64,000 nucleotides of DNA from Candidatus Paceibacter sp. GTDB taxonomy: Bacteria; Patescibacteriota; Patescibacteriia; S139-126. Below, one piece after another: positions 8,790-16,792 of this stretch. Location: NCBI GenBank assembly GCA_020724865.1, contig DYGA01000001.1:196624-260623 (forward strand). Reading direction: 5' to 3'. The position numbers and the translations under genes are program-made. Below the pieces are notes generated by a model that was given only the letters and a program-made list of their open reading frames with translations, was not told the origin of the DNA and made no database searches. Position 1 is the stretch's first letter. Every line of letters starts with the position of its first letter.

Positions 8790-9637
8790 TTAGGGATTAC
8801 AATATTCACAGTATTTAGGATCAGCAATTTTATCATAGTTGTTGTTATGTCTTTTTTCTTCGTAATTACATACAGAACATTTATATAGGTCATAAATAGG
8901 TAATTCTGTTGGTGAATTACACTATGAACATCTTAGTCCTTTTTTAAAATCGACAACAATAAAACCAGGAGCTTTGCACCGTGGGCATAAAGATTTAATG
9001 TTTTTTATTAAATCTTCAGTTGCTTTTTTTATTGCTTTCATGCGTGTAGGGTTTCTATGCGCTCGCATGTCGGACTCAATAAAAATTCTATTTGTAAAAA
9101 AATTATTTAATAATTTTTTAACTGTTTTTATTAGGTCTTTTTCTGTTGCAATATCCTTATAAATTCCAAAATGTCCATTTTTACTTTTTCTTACAATTAC
9201 ACCATGTTCAGGAAAGCCAATTTTTTTAGCAAAATCTAGTGCTTCCTCTACGGTTGTAACATATTGACCGTCTATGTTTGTTTCTGGAGTTCTGTGATGT
9301 CCCAGAATTTCAAACCCGTTTTTCTTGTCAATAAACAATAATAATTCTAAATTACCTTGAACAAAGGGGATTGATGGATGAGGACTAAAACTACCTTCAC
9401 TTGAAATACCTAAATCAACATTCTCAATTTTCATAGCCGCATGCAATTTTCTCGCGCGGCTTCTAATTGATTGCCAGCTCTTTTTATATCTCTAGTAAAA
9501 GTACCAAACTTATCAGAGTTAAATTGTTTGGGAACTACAATTTCAACATCAAAATGTTTTTTAATTAAAGGAGCAATCACTTGTTCTTTTTTATACATTG
9601 TGGCTATAACAATTTTTCTGCCTTTAAGTATATACAT
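8790..9637 (-). pseudogene. Disrupted gene of unknown function, carrying one frameshift in an A4 homopolymer and one in-frame TAG followed by a continuing zinc-ribbon-like coding sequence.
   Basis: ORFs 9431..9637 and 8922..9446 abut in different frames. Adding one A to the run GAGAAAATTG fuses them into a continuous ...QLEAAREKLHAAMKIENV... protein. After the TAG at 8922 the same frame continues without a stop as CNSPTELPIYDLYKCSVCNYEEKRHNNNYDKIADPKYCEYCNP, which supplies further CxxC pairs to partner the CPRC motif just upstream of the stop. Confidence 0.5.
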
Positions 9638-9918
9638 TATGTTTATTTTAAAATTATATTTAAATTTATTTCAGGCACTTTGACTTCCTTTTTACATTTT
9701 TTGTTGTTTTGATTTGTCTATTTATTGACACATTATCAATTTAAATCCAATTAATAATAGATGTTATATGTAATATATTTATATTTTTTGTGCTTATATT
9801 TTAAAGTAGAAAAAAATGTATTCATCAATTTTATACAGTTGATTTATAATTAAGATTTATCTAGTAACAAGGCGCTTTGCGCCGAGGTAACATCTTTCAA
9901 TTTCGTTAAATTTTAAAT

Positions 9919-10008
9919 TGGCGGAGAGGGTGGGATTTGAACCCACGAAGGATTTTCATCCTTACCGCATTTCGAGTGCGGCGCTTTCAACCACTCAGCC
10001 ACCTCTCC
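9919..10008 (-). tRNA. tRNA-Ser (anticodon CGA), type II with a long variable arm and encoded CCA.
   Basis: Hand-folded cloverleaf. The acceptor GGAGAGG pairs with CCTCTCC. The anticodon stem CCGCA/TGCGG carries the loop CTCGAAA. The variable arm is GGATGAAAATCC, and the T-loop is GGTTCAAATCC. Confidence 0.85.
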
Positions 10009-10099
10009 GGGTTATTATTAAGTATTTAAGTATTAAGGAACAGGTATATAAGTTATCAGTAATGTATATTATAACTTTTAAATTATATTAAGACAAAGA

Positions 10100-10127
10100 T
10101 TGACAAAATCCCAAAAAATGCTATTAT
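10100..10127 (+). promoter_or_regulatory. Candidate sigma70-type promoter (TTGACA, 16-nt spacer, TATTAT) for the 10186 gene.
   Basis: TTGACA lies at 10100-10105 and TATTAT at 10122-10127, about 58 nt upstream of the ATG. An AGGAGA ribosome-binding site is present. Confidence 0.4.
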
Positions 10128-10185
10128 TATTGGTCACTTAGTTGTTTAAAAAAATATTTTATTCATAAAAATAGGAGAGACAACA

Positions 10186-10671
10186 ATGTTCGATAAATCA
10201 ATTTTTGAAAAATTACCACTAAGAGTAGTGGTATTTGAGGACAATACAGCTGAGCAAATAGCTGCTGGTATAGCACTCACAAAGGTGGGCTTAAAATGTG
10301 AAATCATTGATCACTTTGATCTCAATGCTATCAGTGATGATAGTTCAGTGATCGGTGTGCTCACTGATGTATTTTTAACTACTGAACCCGAAGGATTTGG
10401 GATTGCTGCTTTTTGTTCTCAACACAGTATACCGTGTTGTATAGTAACCCAACAAGTTAACCATAATTTTTCTGGCTGGAAGGGCGCTATTTTGGAAATA
10501 TGGGATAAACTTGATATTAAAGTTTTCTTATCAACCACTTCTCCTAAAAATTGGGAAAGTGCCGCACTTTATTTTGCGCAAAGAATCCATACCGAACTAT
10601 TGAAAGCTCCCACCCCGCTTGGTAAAAGTTACCAACGTTATTTTTATCATCTTAACCAACAAGATGAATAA
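10186..10671 (+). CDS. Hypothetical protein, 161 aa, with a possible highly divergent receiver-like fold.
   Basis: The evidence is a clean ORF with an RBS. Weak similarity to the response-regulator pattern (RVVVFEDN ... VIGVLTDVFL) is speculative. Confidence 0.35.
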   Translation: MFDKSIFEKLPLRVVVFEDNTAEQIAAGIALTKVGLKCEIIDHFDLNAISDDSSVIGVLTDVFLTTEPEGFGIAAFCSQHSIPCCIVTQQVNHNFSGWKGAILEIWDKLDIKVFLSTTSPKNWESAALYFAQRIHTELLKAPTPLGKSYQRYFYHLNQQDE

Positions 10672-10680
10672 AAAGAATAA

Positions 10681-10709
10681 GGACTCGAAATCTCGAGTCC
10701 TTTTATTTT
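10681..10709. terminator. Bidirectional Rho-independent terminator shared by the convergent genes on either side.
   Basis: A perfect 8-bp stem GGACTCGA/TCGAGTCC with loop AATC is followed by TTTTATTTT and preceded by an A-run. Confidence 0.7.
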
Positions 10710-10714
10710 GGCGC

Positions 10715-10969
10715 TTACCAGTTGTTTAGTTTGGTAGCGTTAAATGTTCCGCCTAATTTTGCTAAGTTATTATCATTGTTGTGCCCCGGTACACCACCGA
10801 TGCCATAGGTTGGTAAAGTGGTTTGACCCACAAAGGGTACGTGAATTTTGTCATGGCCAAAGCCAAGGTCAGCGTGTACGCCATTGTTTAGTGAAAAGTG
10901 GACAGGTGATAACGGCTTATCATTGATGATAGGCGGATTGAATTTATCCATGTGGTTCATGGTTTTCAC
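10715..10969 (-). CDS. Small Gly/Asn/His-rich hypothetical protein, 84 aa.
   Basis: It is an ORF with the RBS GGAGG upstream (AAGGAGGTGAAAACCATG on the minus strand). Its low-complexity composition is GGVPGHNNDNN. Confidence 0.35.
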   Translation of the reverse strand: MKTMNHMDKFNPPIINDKPLSPVHFSLNNGVHADLGFGHDKIHVPFVGQTTLPTYGIGGVPGHNNDNNLAKLGGTFNATKLNNW

Positions 10970-11122
10970 CTCCTTAAAGTAGTTTAAATGAACGAAATAT
11001 ATTGATTTGGAATTTTATAAATTGGTGAGAAATATTGTAGCAAAAAGCCGGTTTTTGGTCAATGGTTAGATTGTCGAAAAACTCGCCAAGTGTCATACTA
11101 AAAATATAATTATAAAAAATTT

Positions 11123-11518
11123 ATGAACTCCTATAATTGGTATCAAACTCTAATTAAACCCGCTTGGGCGCCGCCAACTTTTTTGTTTGGACCAGTCTGG
11201 ACCGCACTTTATACTATAATAGCCATATCTTTTGGTACTGTTTTTTACAAAATTTTCACCAAACAACTTCCCACCACACTGGCCTGGCCCTTTGTTTTGA
11301 ATTTAGTTTTCAATTTTGCTTTCACCCCTTTGCAGTTTGGTTTGAAAAACAATCTGCTGGCAGCTATAGATATTTTACTGGTACTAGCTACTTTAGTCTG
11401 GGCACTGGTGGCTATTTATCCGCATCTCAAATGGGTGACTTTGGTTAATATCCCTTATTTACTCTGGGTGTGTTTTGCCACAGTATTGCAAATAACCATC
11501 ACTTATTTAAATAGATAA
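11123..11518 (+). CDS. tspO: TspO/MBR family tryptophan-rich sensory protein.
   Basis: The motif LIKPAWAPPTFLFGPVWTALYTIIAISF matches the TspO signature (KP.W.PP...F..VWT.LY). Five TM segments are predicted in about 130 aa. Confidence 0.75.
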   Translation: MNSYNWYQTLIKPAWAPPTFLFGPVWTALYTIIAISFGTVFYKIFTKQLPTTLAWPFVLNLVFNFAFTPLQFGLKNNLLAAIDILLVLATLVWALVAIYPHLKWVTLVNIPYLLWVCFATVLQITITYLNR

Positions 11519-11562
11519 CTTACAAGTGCTATAATGTAAATATTAAGTATTAATATTTTTAT

Positions 11563-11817
11563 ATGAAATTCAAAAAGAACGAAGGCACAATTGATCGTAT
11601 TATTCGGGTAGTTGTTGGGTTGGTTTTGATTTTTTTGGGCATGCAATATACCGCTTGGTTATGGATTTTAGGATTGGTGGTACTGGCCACTGGTGTAATT
11701 GGTTGGTGTGGTCTTTATCAGGTGCTTGGTATTTCCACCTGCAAAGTAAAACCAGCTGAAACAAAAGACCAAACTCCACCTACTACTCCTCCAACAGATA
11801 CGCCATCGGTGATGTAA
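11563..11817 (+). CDS. DUF2892-like (YgaP-type) small membrane protein.
   Basis: The pattern DRIIRVVVGLVLIFLG ... TGVIGWCGLYQVLGIST matches the R..G..L..G ... G.CP.Y..LGi.T pattern of the DUF2892 TM domain. Confidence 0.55.
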   Translation: MKFKKNEGTIDRIIRVVVGLVLIFLGMQYTAWLWILGLVVLATGVIGWCGLYQVLGISTCKVKPAETKDQTPPTTPPTDTPSVM

Positions 11818-11900
11818 AATAGAAAATTAAAAGGACTCATGAAGATGAGTTCTTTTAATTTTCTAGAAAAATTTTTTCATGAAATAACAAAATAAATTTT

Positions 11901-12806
11901 ATGAAATATAACCAATTAACCTCAGAAGAAAAAAGAATCATCGAAGATAAAGGTACAGAAATGCCAGGCAGTGGTGAGTATGATGATTTTTTTGAGAGTG
12001 GAATCTATACTTGCCGAAGATGCAATGCCTGGCTCTACCGCTCAGCAGATAAATTTTCCGCTCACTGCGGTTGGCCCAGTTTTGATCAAGAAATTGCTGG
12101 AGCAGTTATTAGACAAACAGATGCTGACGGACAGCGTACTGAAATTTTGTGTGCACGCTGTGGTGGACATTTGGGGCATGTATTTATCGGAGAAAAATTT
12201 ACGGCGCGTGATACCCGTCACTGTGTTAATTCTTTGTCTTTGCGTTTTATCCCTGAATCTGAATTAAAAGAAAAAATTCAAACTATAGTTTTGGGTGGTG
12301 GGTGTTTTTGGTGTTTGGAAGCATATTTTTCGCAAGTGCAAGGAATCACCTTAGTTATATCTGGTTATGCGGGCGGTGATATAGAAAATCCTACCTATGA
12401 GCAGGTTTGCAGTGGCAAGACTGGTCATGCTGAAGTAGTGAAAATAGAATTTGACCAAACCCAAATTGCTCTGGAAATGATTTTACAAATATTTTTTACA
12501 TTGCATGATCCTACTACCCGCAATCGTCAAGGCGCTGATGTTGGTAGTCAGTACCGCTCAATCATTTTGACTAAAGATGATGAACAAAAAGATATTGTAG
12601 AAAATTTTGTCAGTAAGTTAATTGAAAGTAAATTATTTTTTAAACCCATTGTCACAGAAGTAAAACTTTTGGATAAGTTTTATCAAGCCGAAGATTATCA
12701 CCAGGAATATTTTAAAAATCATCCCGAAGCCGCTTACTGCCAGGCCGTGATTTCCCCTAAACTTGCCAAATTGCGTCAGCATTTTTCTTTACTTTTGAAA
12801 CCCTAA
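11901..12806 (+). CDS. msrAB: Bifunctional peptide-methionine sulfoxide reductase MsrB-MsrA, with the B domain N-terminal.
   Basis: The N-terminal half carries the MsrB zinc and catalytic motifs CRRC ... HCGWPSF ... CARCGGHLGHVF. The C-terminal half carries the MsrA active site GGGCFWC and the GHAEVV motif. Confidence 0.85.
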   Translation: MKYNQLTSEEKRIIEDKGTEMPGSGEYDDFFESGIYTCRRCNAWLYRSADKFSAHCGWPSFDQEIAGAVIRQTDADGQRTEILCARCGGHLGHVFIGEKFTARDTRHCVNSLSLRFIPESELKEKIQTIVLGGGCFWCLEAYFSQVQGITLVISGYAGGDIENPTYEQVCSGKTGHAEVVKIEFDQTQIALEMILQIFFTLHDPTTRNRQGADVGSQYRSIILTKDDEQKDIVENFVSKLIESKLFFKPIVTEVKLLDKFYQAEDYHQEYFKNHPEAAYCQAVISPKLAKLRQHFSLLLKP

Positions 12807-12884
12807 AACTGCCCCAAATAAGGGCATTTTTGGTTGATTTTTATAGTCAAAAATGATGAAATAAAAACAAGTAGATAATTATTA

Positions 12885-12958
12885 GTTACTAATTATTAAT
12901 TAATAATCAATTGATTAATTTTTAATTATTTAATTAGTAATTTCTAATCTCTAATCCA
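12885..12958. repeat. Copy 1 of a ~75-bp AT-rich repeated element (the partner is at 26225-26300), lying just upstream of the 12975 gene.
   Basis: The two copies share TTAATTAATA(A/G)TCAATTG(A)TTAA ... AATTATT(T)AATTAGTAATTT. By manual alignment they are roughly 80 percent identical, including an exact 13-mer TAATTAGTAATTT. Confidence 0.5.
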
Positions 12959-12974
12959 AATTTTATTTTAAACC

Positions 12975-13418
12975 ATGATATTTAAAACCGATATAATTTT
13001 AAATTGGCCCATCGAGAACACTTTTGCTGCGCTGAAGAGTCCAGCGATGATGAAAAAAGTTGCTTGGCCTTTGGTGATATTTAAACCAGTGAATCCAGAA
13101 GTGTTTCCTGAGAGCTGGCAGGACGGGCAAACTTATAAAATGAATATGTACTTACTTGGTTTTTTACCGATGGGTTGGCAGGAGTTGAAAATTTCTGGTC
13201 AGCAAGATGCAGATAAATATATACTCAAAGATGTTGGTCCGGGTTGGGCAGTAAAATGGTGGGACCATCAAGTGATCCTGACAAAAACATCAGAAAACAA
13301 AACCCATTACAAAGAAGAACTTATTTTATCTACTGGTTTTTTGAAACCGATTATTTGGTTGGGCATGACAACACTTTTTTGGTGGCGAAAATATAGATGG
13401 TTAAAGTTAACTAAATAA
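12975..13418 (+). CDS. Hypothetical protein, 147 aa.
   Basis: The only evidence is the ORF, which is preceded by the repeated AT-rich element. Confidence 0.4.
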   Translation: MIFKTDIILNWPIENTFAALKSPAMMKKVAWPLVIFKPVNPEVFPESWQDGQTYKMNMYLLGFLPMGWQELKISGQQDADKYILKDVGPGWAVKWWDHQVILTKTSENKTHYKEELILSTGFLKPIIWLGMTTLFWWRKYRWLKLTK

Positions 13419-13442
13419 AAGATTTCTATCAGTTAATAAAGT

Positions 13443-13931
13443 ATGAAAAAATTTATTGAATTTATAATAAAAATGTTGGAATTATTGTTTGGTTTTACAA
13501 AAACAAAAACCAACACCAACGCGATGAGATATTTGCTAAAAGAGAAGACTATGAATAGTTCTGAACAAGCATTATATATAAATTTACAAAAAATGTTAGG
13601 CGATAAATATATTGTGCTTTCCAAAGTCCGACTTGAAGATTTTATAGAAGTTGATACTAGAGGTTTATCGCGTAATGAGTGGTGGGGTTTGAGAGGAAAA
13701 ATTAAATCCAGACATGTTGATTTTTTGATTTGTGATTTAAATACAACAAAACCGATTTTGGCTATTGAACTTGATGGTAATTCTCACCAAACACACAAAA
13801 GGATAGAACGAGATAATTTTATAGATGAATTGTATTCTTCTGTTCAATTGAGAATAGAACACATTAGAGTAGGTAGTGATTTTAAACAAAAAGTAGAAAA
13901 AATCAGCACTTTACTTACTGACAATAAATAA
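13443..13931 (+). CDS. DUF2726-family nuclease-related protein.
   Basis: The core HVDFLICDLNTTKPILAIELDGNSHQTHKRIERDNFIDELYSSVQLRIEHIRV fits the DUF2726 / PD-(D/E)xK-like pattern (vDFvl ... IElDg.sH ... D ... G). Confidence 0.6.
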   Translation: MKKFIEFIIKMLELLFGFTKTKTNTNAMRYLLKEKTMNSSEQALYINLQKMLGDKYIVLSKVRLEDFIEVDTRGLSRNEWWGLRGKIKSRHVDFLICDLNTTKPILAIELDGNSHQTHKRIERDNFIDELYSSVQLRIEHIRVGSDFKQKVEKISTLLTDNK

Positions 13932-13980
13932 TATCAAATTAATTTTTTATTATAGATTCTTAATTCTAATTTATATTTAC

Positions 13981-15069
13981 ATGGCTAAAGTATATGGACA
14001 AATAGGCTCATTTTTAAGACTTTGTGATAGTTTGAAAATAAAAAATGTAAATGTTTTTGAATCTTTTGAGGAAATTAGAAAATTAGTTGATAATTATAAG
14101 GAAGCCCCAGAAAAAATAAAAAATAAAAAAATTGAAGAATTGAAAAATGAAATTGATGAAATAAGAAATAAAATTGAGAAACTAAAGTTTGAATATGATA
14201 AGGAAATAACAGAGAGAAAGGAAAAATTATTGAAAGAAAAAAAAGAGTTGGATTGGTTTATAGAAGTTTATTCCAGGGATGTAAATAATATATTTAAAAA
14301 AATAATAAATTATTATAAAAAGAGAAAATTTATTGAGAGAAAAGAATGGATTGAAAAGTTTTTTGATTATGAACTTAACCGACCTTTCAAAAGTATTATA
14401 GATGAAATAAAATCTTGGCAATCTGATTTAGATTATCGACAAGATAATTTTGATAAAATAGTTGAAGAAAAATATAACGAAGAAGTCAACTTTTTGAATT
14501 TAGTTTATAACACTATCAAAAGTAACAAAGAGTTTTATTATGGAGCAATTGGTGAACAAATGGTGCTTGATAAATTGAAAAGTTTACCTGATGAATATAC
14601 TATTATAAATAATTTTCAACATAAATTTAGCAGACCAGTGCCTGACAGAAAAAATAATGATTTTATTTATTCAGTGCAAATTGATCATATATTAGTTGGT
14701 CCCACTGGTTTGTATTTGATTGAGACAAAAAATTGGAGTAAAAATAGTATGGATGATTTAGATCTTTATTCTCCAATCAAACAAATAAAACGTTCTTCGT
14801 TAGCACTATTTGCTTTATTGAATCAAGCCATACGTCAGGGTTATTTATCTAGATTTTTGGATCCATGGGGAGAAGAACAAATTTCACCTAAAAAAATATT
14901 GGTTGTTATAAATCATAAACCAGAACAAGAATATCAGTTTGTTAAAATATTAACTCCTGGTGAATTGGAAAAATATATATTAAATGAAAAGGTTTTTTTT
15001 ACAAAAGAACAAGTAGAAAATTTAGTAACTTATTTAAAATCAGAAAAAAACTATTTTCATGCATATTGA
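13981..15069 (+). CDS. NERD (nuclease-related domain) protein with a long N-terminal coiled-coil region.
   Basis: The C-terminal half contains ...IDHILVGPTGLYLIETKNWSK..., matching the NERD signature. The first ~200 aa are K/E-rich heptad-like coiled coil. Confidence 0.6.
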   Translation: MAKVYGQIGSFLRLCDSLKIKNVNVFESFEEIRKLVDNYKEAPEKIKNKKIEELKNEIDEIRNKIEKLKFEYDKEITERKEKLLKEKKELDWFIEVYSRDVNNIFKKIINYYKKRKFIERKEWIEKFFDYELNRPFKSIIDEIKSWQSDLDYRQDNFDKIVEEKYNEEVNFLNLVYNTIKSNKEFYYGAIGEQMVLDKLKSLPDEYTIINNFQHKFSRPVPDRKNNDFIYSVQIDHILVGPTGLYLIETKNWSKNSMDDLDLYSPIKQIKRSSLALFALLNQAIRQGYLSRFLDPWGEEQISPKKILVVINHKPEQEYQFVKILTPGELEKYILNEKVFFTKEQVENLVTYLKSEKNYFHAY

Positions 15070-15100
15070 GGAAGAGACACAAAGTGGAAATAAATAATTT

Positions 15101-15364
15101 ATGACAAGAAAAGATTATTCAAAATTATCCAAAGAAGAACTGATCCAGCTGGTAGAGAAATTAGAATCCCGCAAAAAATACGGGCTGGTGTGGGATGAGG
15201 AGCGAACAAAAGAAAAATTTGAAAAGGAATCAGAAAACGCCTTGCCGGTTTTGAAAGAAGTCAAAAGTAAAGAGATTAAAACTGATCCAACCAAGCCGAC
15301 CAATATCTTGATTGAAGGCGATAATTATCACGCTCTTTCTGTTTTGAACTACACCCACCAATGA
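15101..15364 (+). pseudogene. N-terminal relic of a Type III / Type IIG-like adenine-specific DNA methyltransferase (Mod-like); the rest of the gene is deleted.
   Basis: The sequence LSKEELIQLVEKLESRKKYGLVWDEERTKE ... NILIEGDNYHALSVLNYTHQ matches the characteristic N-terminus of Mod-type methylases (nlLIeGDNlhaLk.L). It stops just before the expected catalytic DPPY region, and no methylase body follows in any frame. Confidence 0.5.
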
Positions 15365-15552
15365 ACTTAGCGAGATTACTACTCAAAGCAAAGAAGCTCA
15401 CATGAGATTTTTCCTGTTTACTAAAGAAGAATTGCAAAACAAAACTGTATATCCAGAAAAAATGAAACAAGGGGTGATTGATTGGCTAAAAACAGGAAAA
15501 AGTTTTTGGGTATATTAAAAATAAATTTTATATTTTTAATTTTGAATTTTAT

Positions 15553-15960
15553 ATGACTATTAAGAAAAATTTTTATTTTAAAGTTATCGGAGTGTGGTTT
15601 TTACTGGCGGTGCTGGCGAATATCAACGGTTTAATCAGAAATTTTGTTTATGGCCCCTATTTAAGTGAGCTGACTGCTCACCAAATAAGTGCCGTGCTTT
15701 TTATCATAATTTTATTGATAGTGAGCTATTTATTTTTTGGAAAAAAAGAATATAGTAATAAAGAATTGTGGTTAGTGGGCAGTCTTTGGTTAGTATTAAC
15801 AATTGCTTTTGAATTTTTGTTTGGTCATTTTGTAATTGGGCACAGTTGGGGAAAATTGTTGGCTGATTATAATCTTTTGGCGGGACGTTTGTGGAGTTTG
15901 GTATTGTTAATCACTTTTCTGGCTCCTTGGATGACAAAAAAAATTTTTAATTATTTATAA
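15553..15960 (+). CDS. Hypothetical integral membrane protein (4 TM), 135 aa.
   Basis: The evidence is the ORF and its hydrophobicity pattern. Confidence 0.4.
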   Translation: MTIKKNFYFKVIGVWFLLAVLANINGLIRNFVYGPYLSELTAHQISAVLFIIILLIVSYLFFGKKEYSNKELWLVGSLWLVLTIAFEFLFGHFVIGHSWGKLLADYNLLAGRLWSLVLLITFLAPWMTKKIFNYL

Positions 15961-16229
15961 CTACTTTTTTGATAAAAAAATAGCCATTGTCTACCAACGA
16001 CAGGTTATAATTTTTGTTTTATAAAAAATTTATGCTAAATGATTAGTTGTTATTAGAAATTTAAAAGGTGACCTTGTGGTCACCTAGAGGGCATTTATGA
16101 AAGGAGGTTCATTTTAAGTCTATACGTTGGTAGGTTTTTTAAAAAAGCAATTATGATTAAATTATAAGTATAATTTAGATATTTGTCTAGATTTGAAACA
16201 AAACAGCTAATTTATTGTAGTATTTATCA

Positions 16230-16790
16230 ATGATGGAATCAATTGCCAGTAGTGATGAGGATATAGTCCGTGAAGTTCAAACTGGAGCCACCGAGGCATT
16301 TGGCGTTCTAGTTGAGCGTTATGAGGACAAAATGAAGCGTTATGCGCGTCGCTTTTTGTTTGGTTATGAAGAAGCCGAAGATATTGTTCAGGAAGTTTTT
16401 ATAAAGGCTTATATAAATATCCATTCGTTTGATGCAAGACGCAAATTTTCTTCCTGGCTTTACCGTATTGCCCACAATGAATTCATTAATGCTATCAAGA
16501 AAAAAGGTAAAGAACCGGTGCCATTTTTTGATCCTGACAGTTTATTTCCTCACCCCATTGCCAAGGAAGAAACCGACAGTGAAATTAATCGTCAAGAAGT
16601 AGTGAAACAGTTAGAACAGTGTCTAGATAAAGTTGATGCTAAATATCGAGAAGTGATGGTATTATATTATTTTGAAGATCTAGATTATCAGCAGATCGCT
16701 GATATTTTACAAATTCCGATAGCAACTGTAGGCGTGAGATTAAAGCGGGGGCGGGAAAAAATTAAAAAATTATTAGACCAAAAAATATAA
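16230..16790 (+). CDS. RNA polymerase sigma-70 factor, ECF subfamily.
   Basis: Region 2 (YARRFL ... EDIVQEVFIKAY ... SWLYRIAHNEFINA) and region 4 (YREVMVLYYFEDLDYQQIADILQIPIATVGVRLKRGREKIKK) are both recognisable. Confidence 0.85.
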   Translation: MMESIASSDEDIVREVQTGATEAFGVLVERYEDKMKRYARRFLFGYEEAEDIVQEVFIKAYINIHSFDARRKFSSWLYRIAHNEFINAIKKKGKEPVPFFDPDSLFPHPIAKEETDSEINRQEVVKQLEQCLDKVDAKYREVMVLYYFEDLDYQQIADILQIPIATVGVRLKRGREKIKKLLDQKI

Positions 16791-16792
16791 TT

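Noticed and set aside
12880-12960. AT-rich TAATTA-type near-repeats considered as a possible CRISPR array or tandem repeat.
   Set aside because: There are no regularly spaced direct repeats with unique spacers. The similarity is between two distant single-copy ~75-bp segments, reported as a repeated element instead. No CRISPR array or cas gene was seen anywhere in the window.
15363-15500. The frame following the methylase relic (ELSEITTQSKEAHMRFFLFTKEELQNKTVYPEKMKQGVIDWLKTGKSFWVY), considered as the continuation of the methyltransferase after a frameshift.
   Set aside because: It does not contain the expected DPPY/NPPY catalytic block or anything methylase-like. Deletion of the gene body explains the locus better than a simple frameshift.
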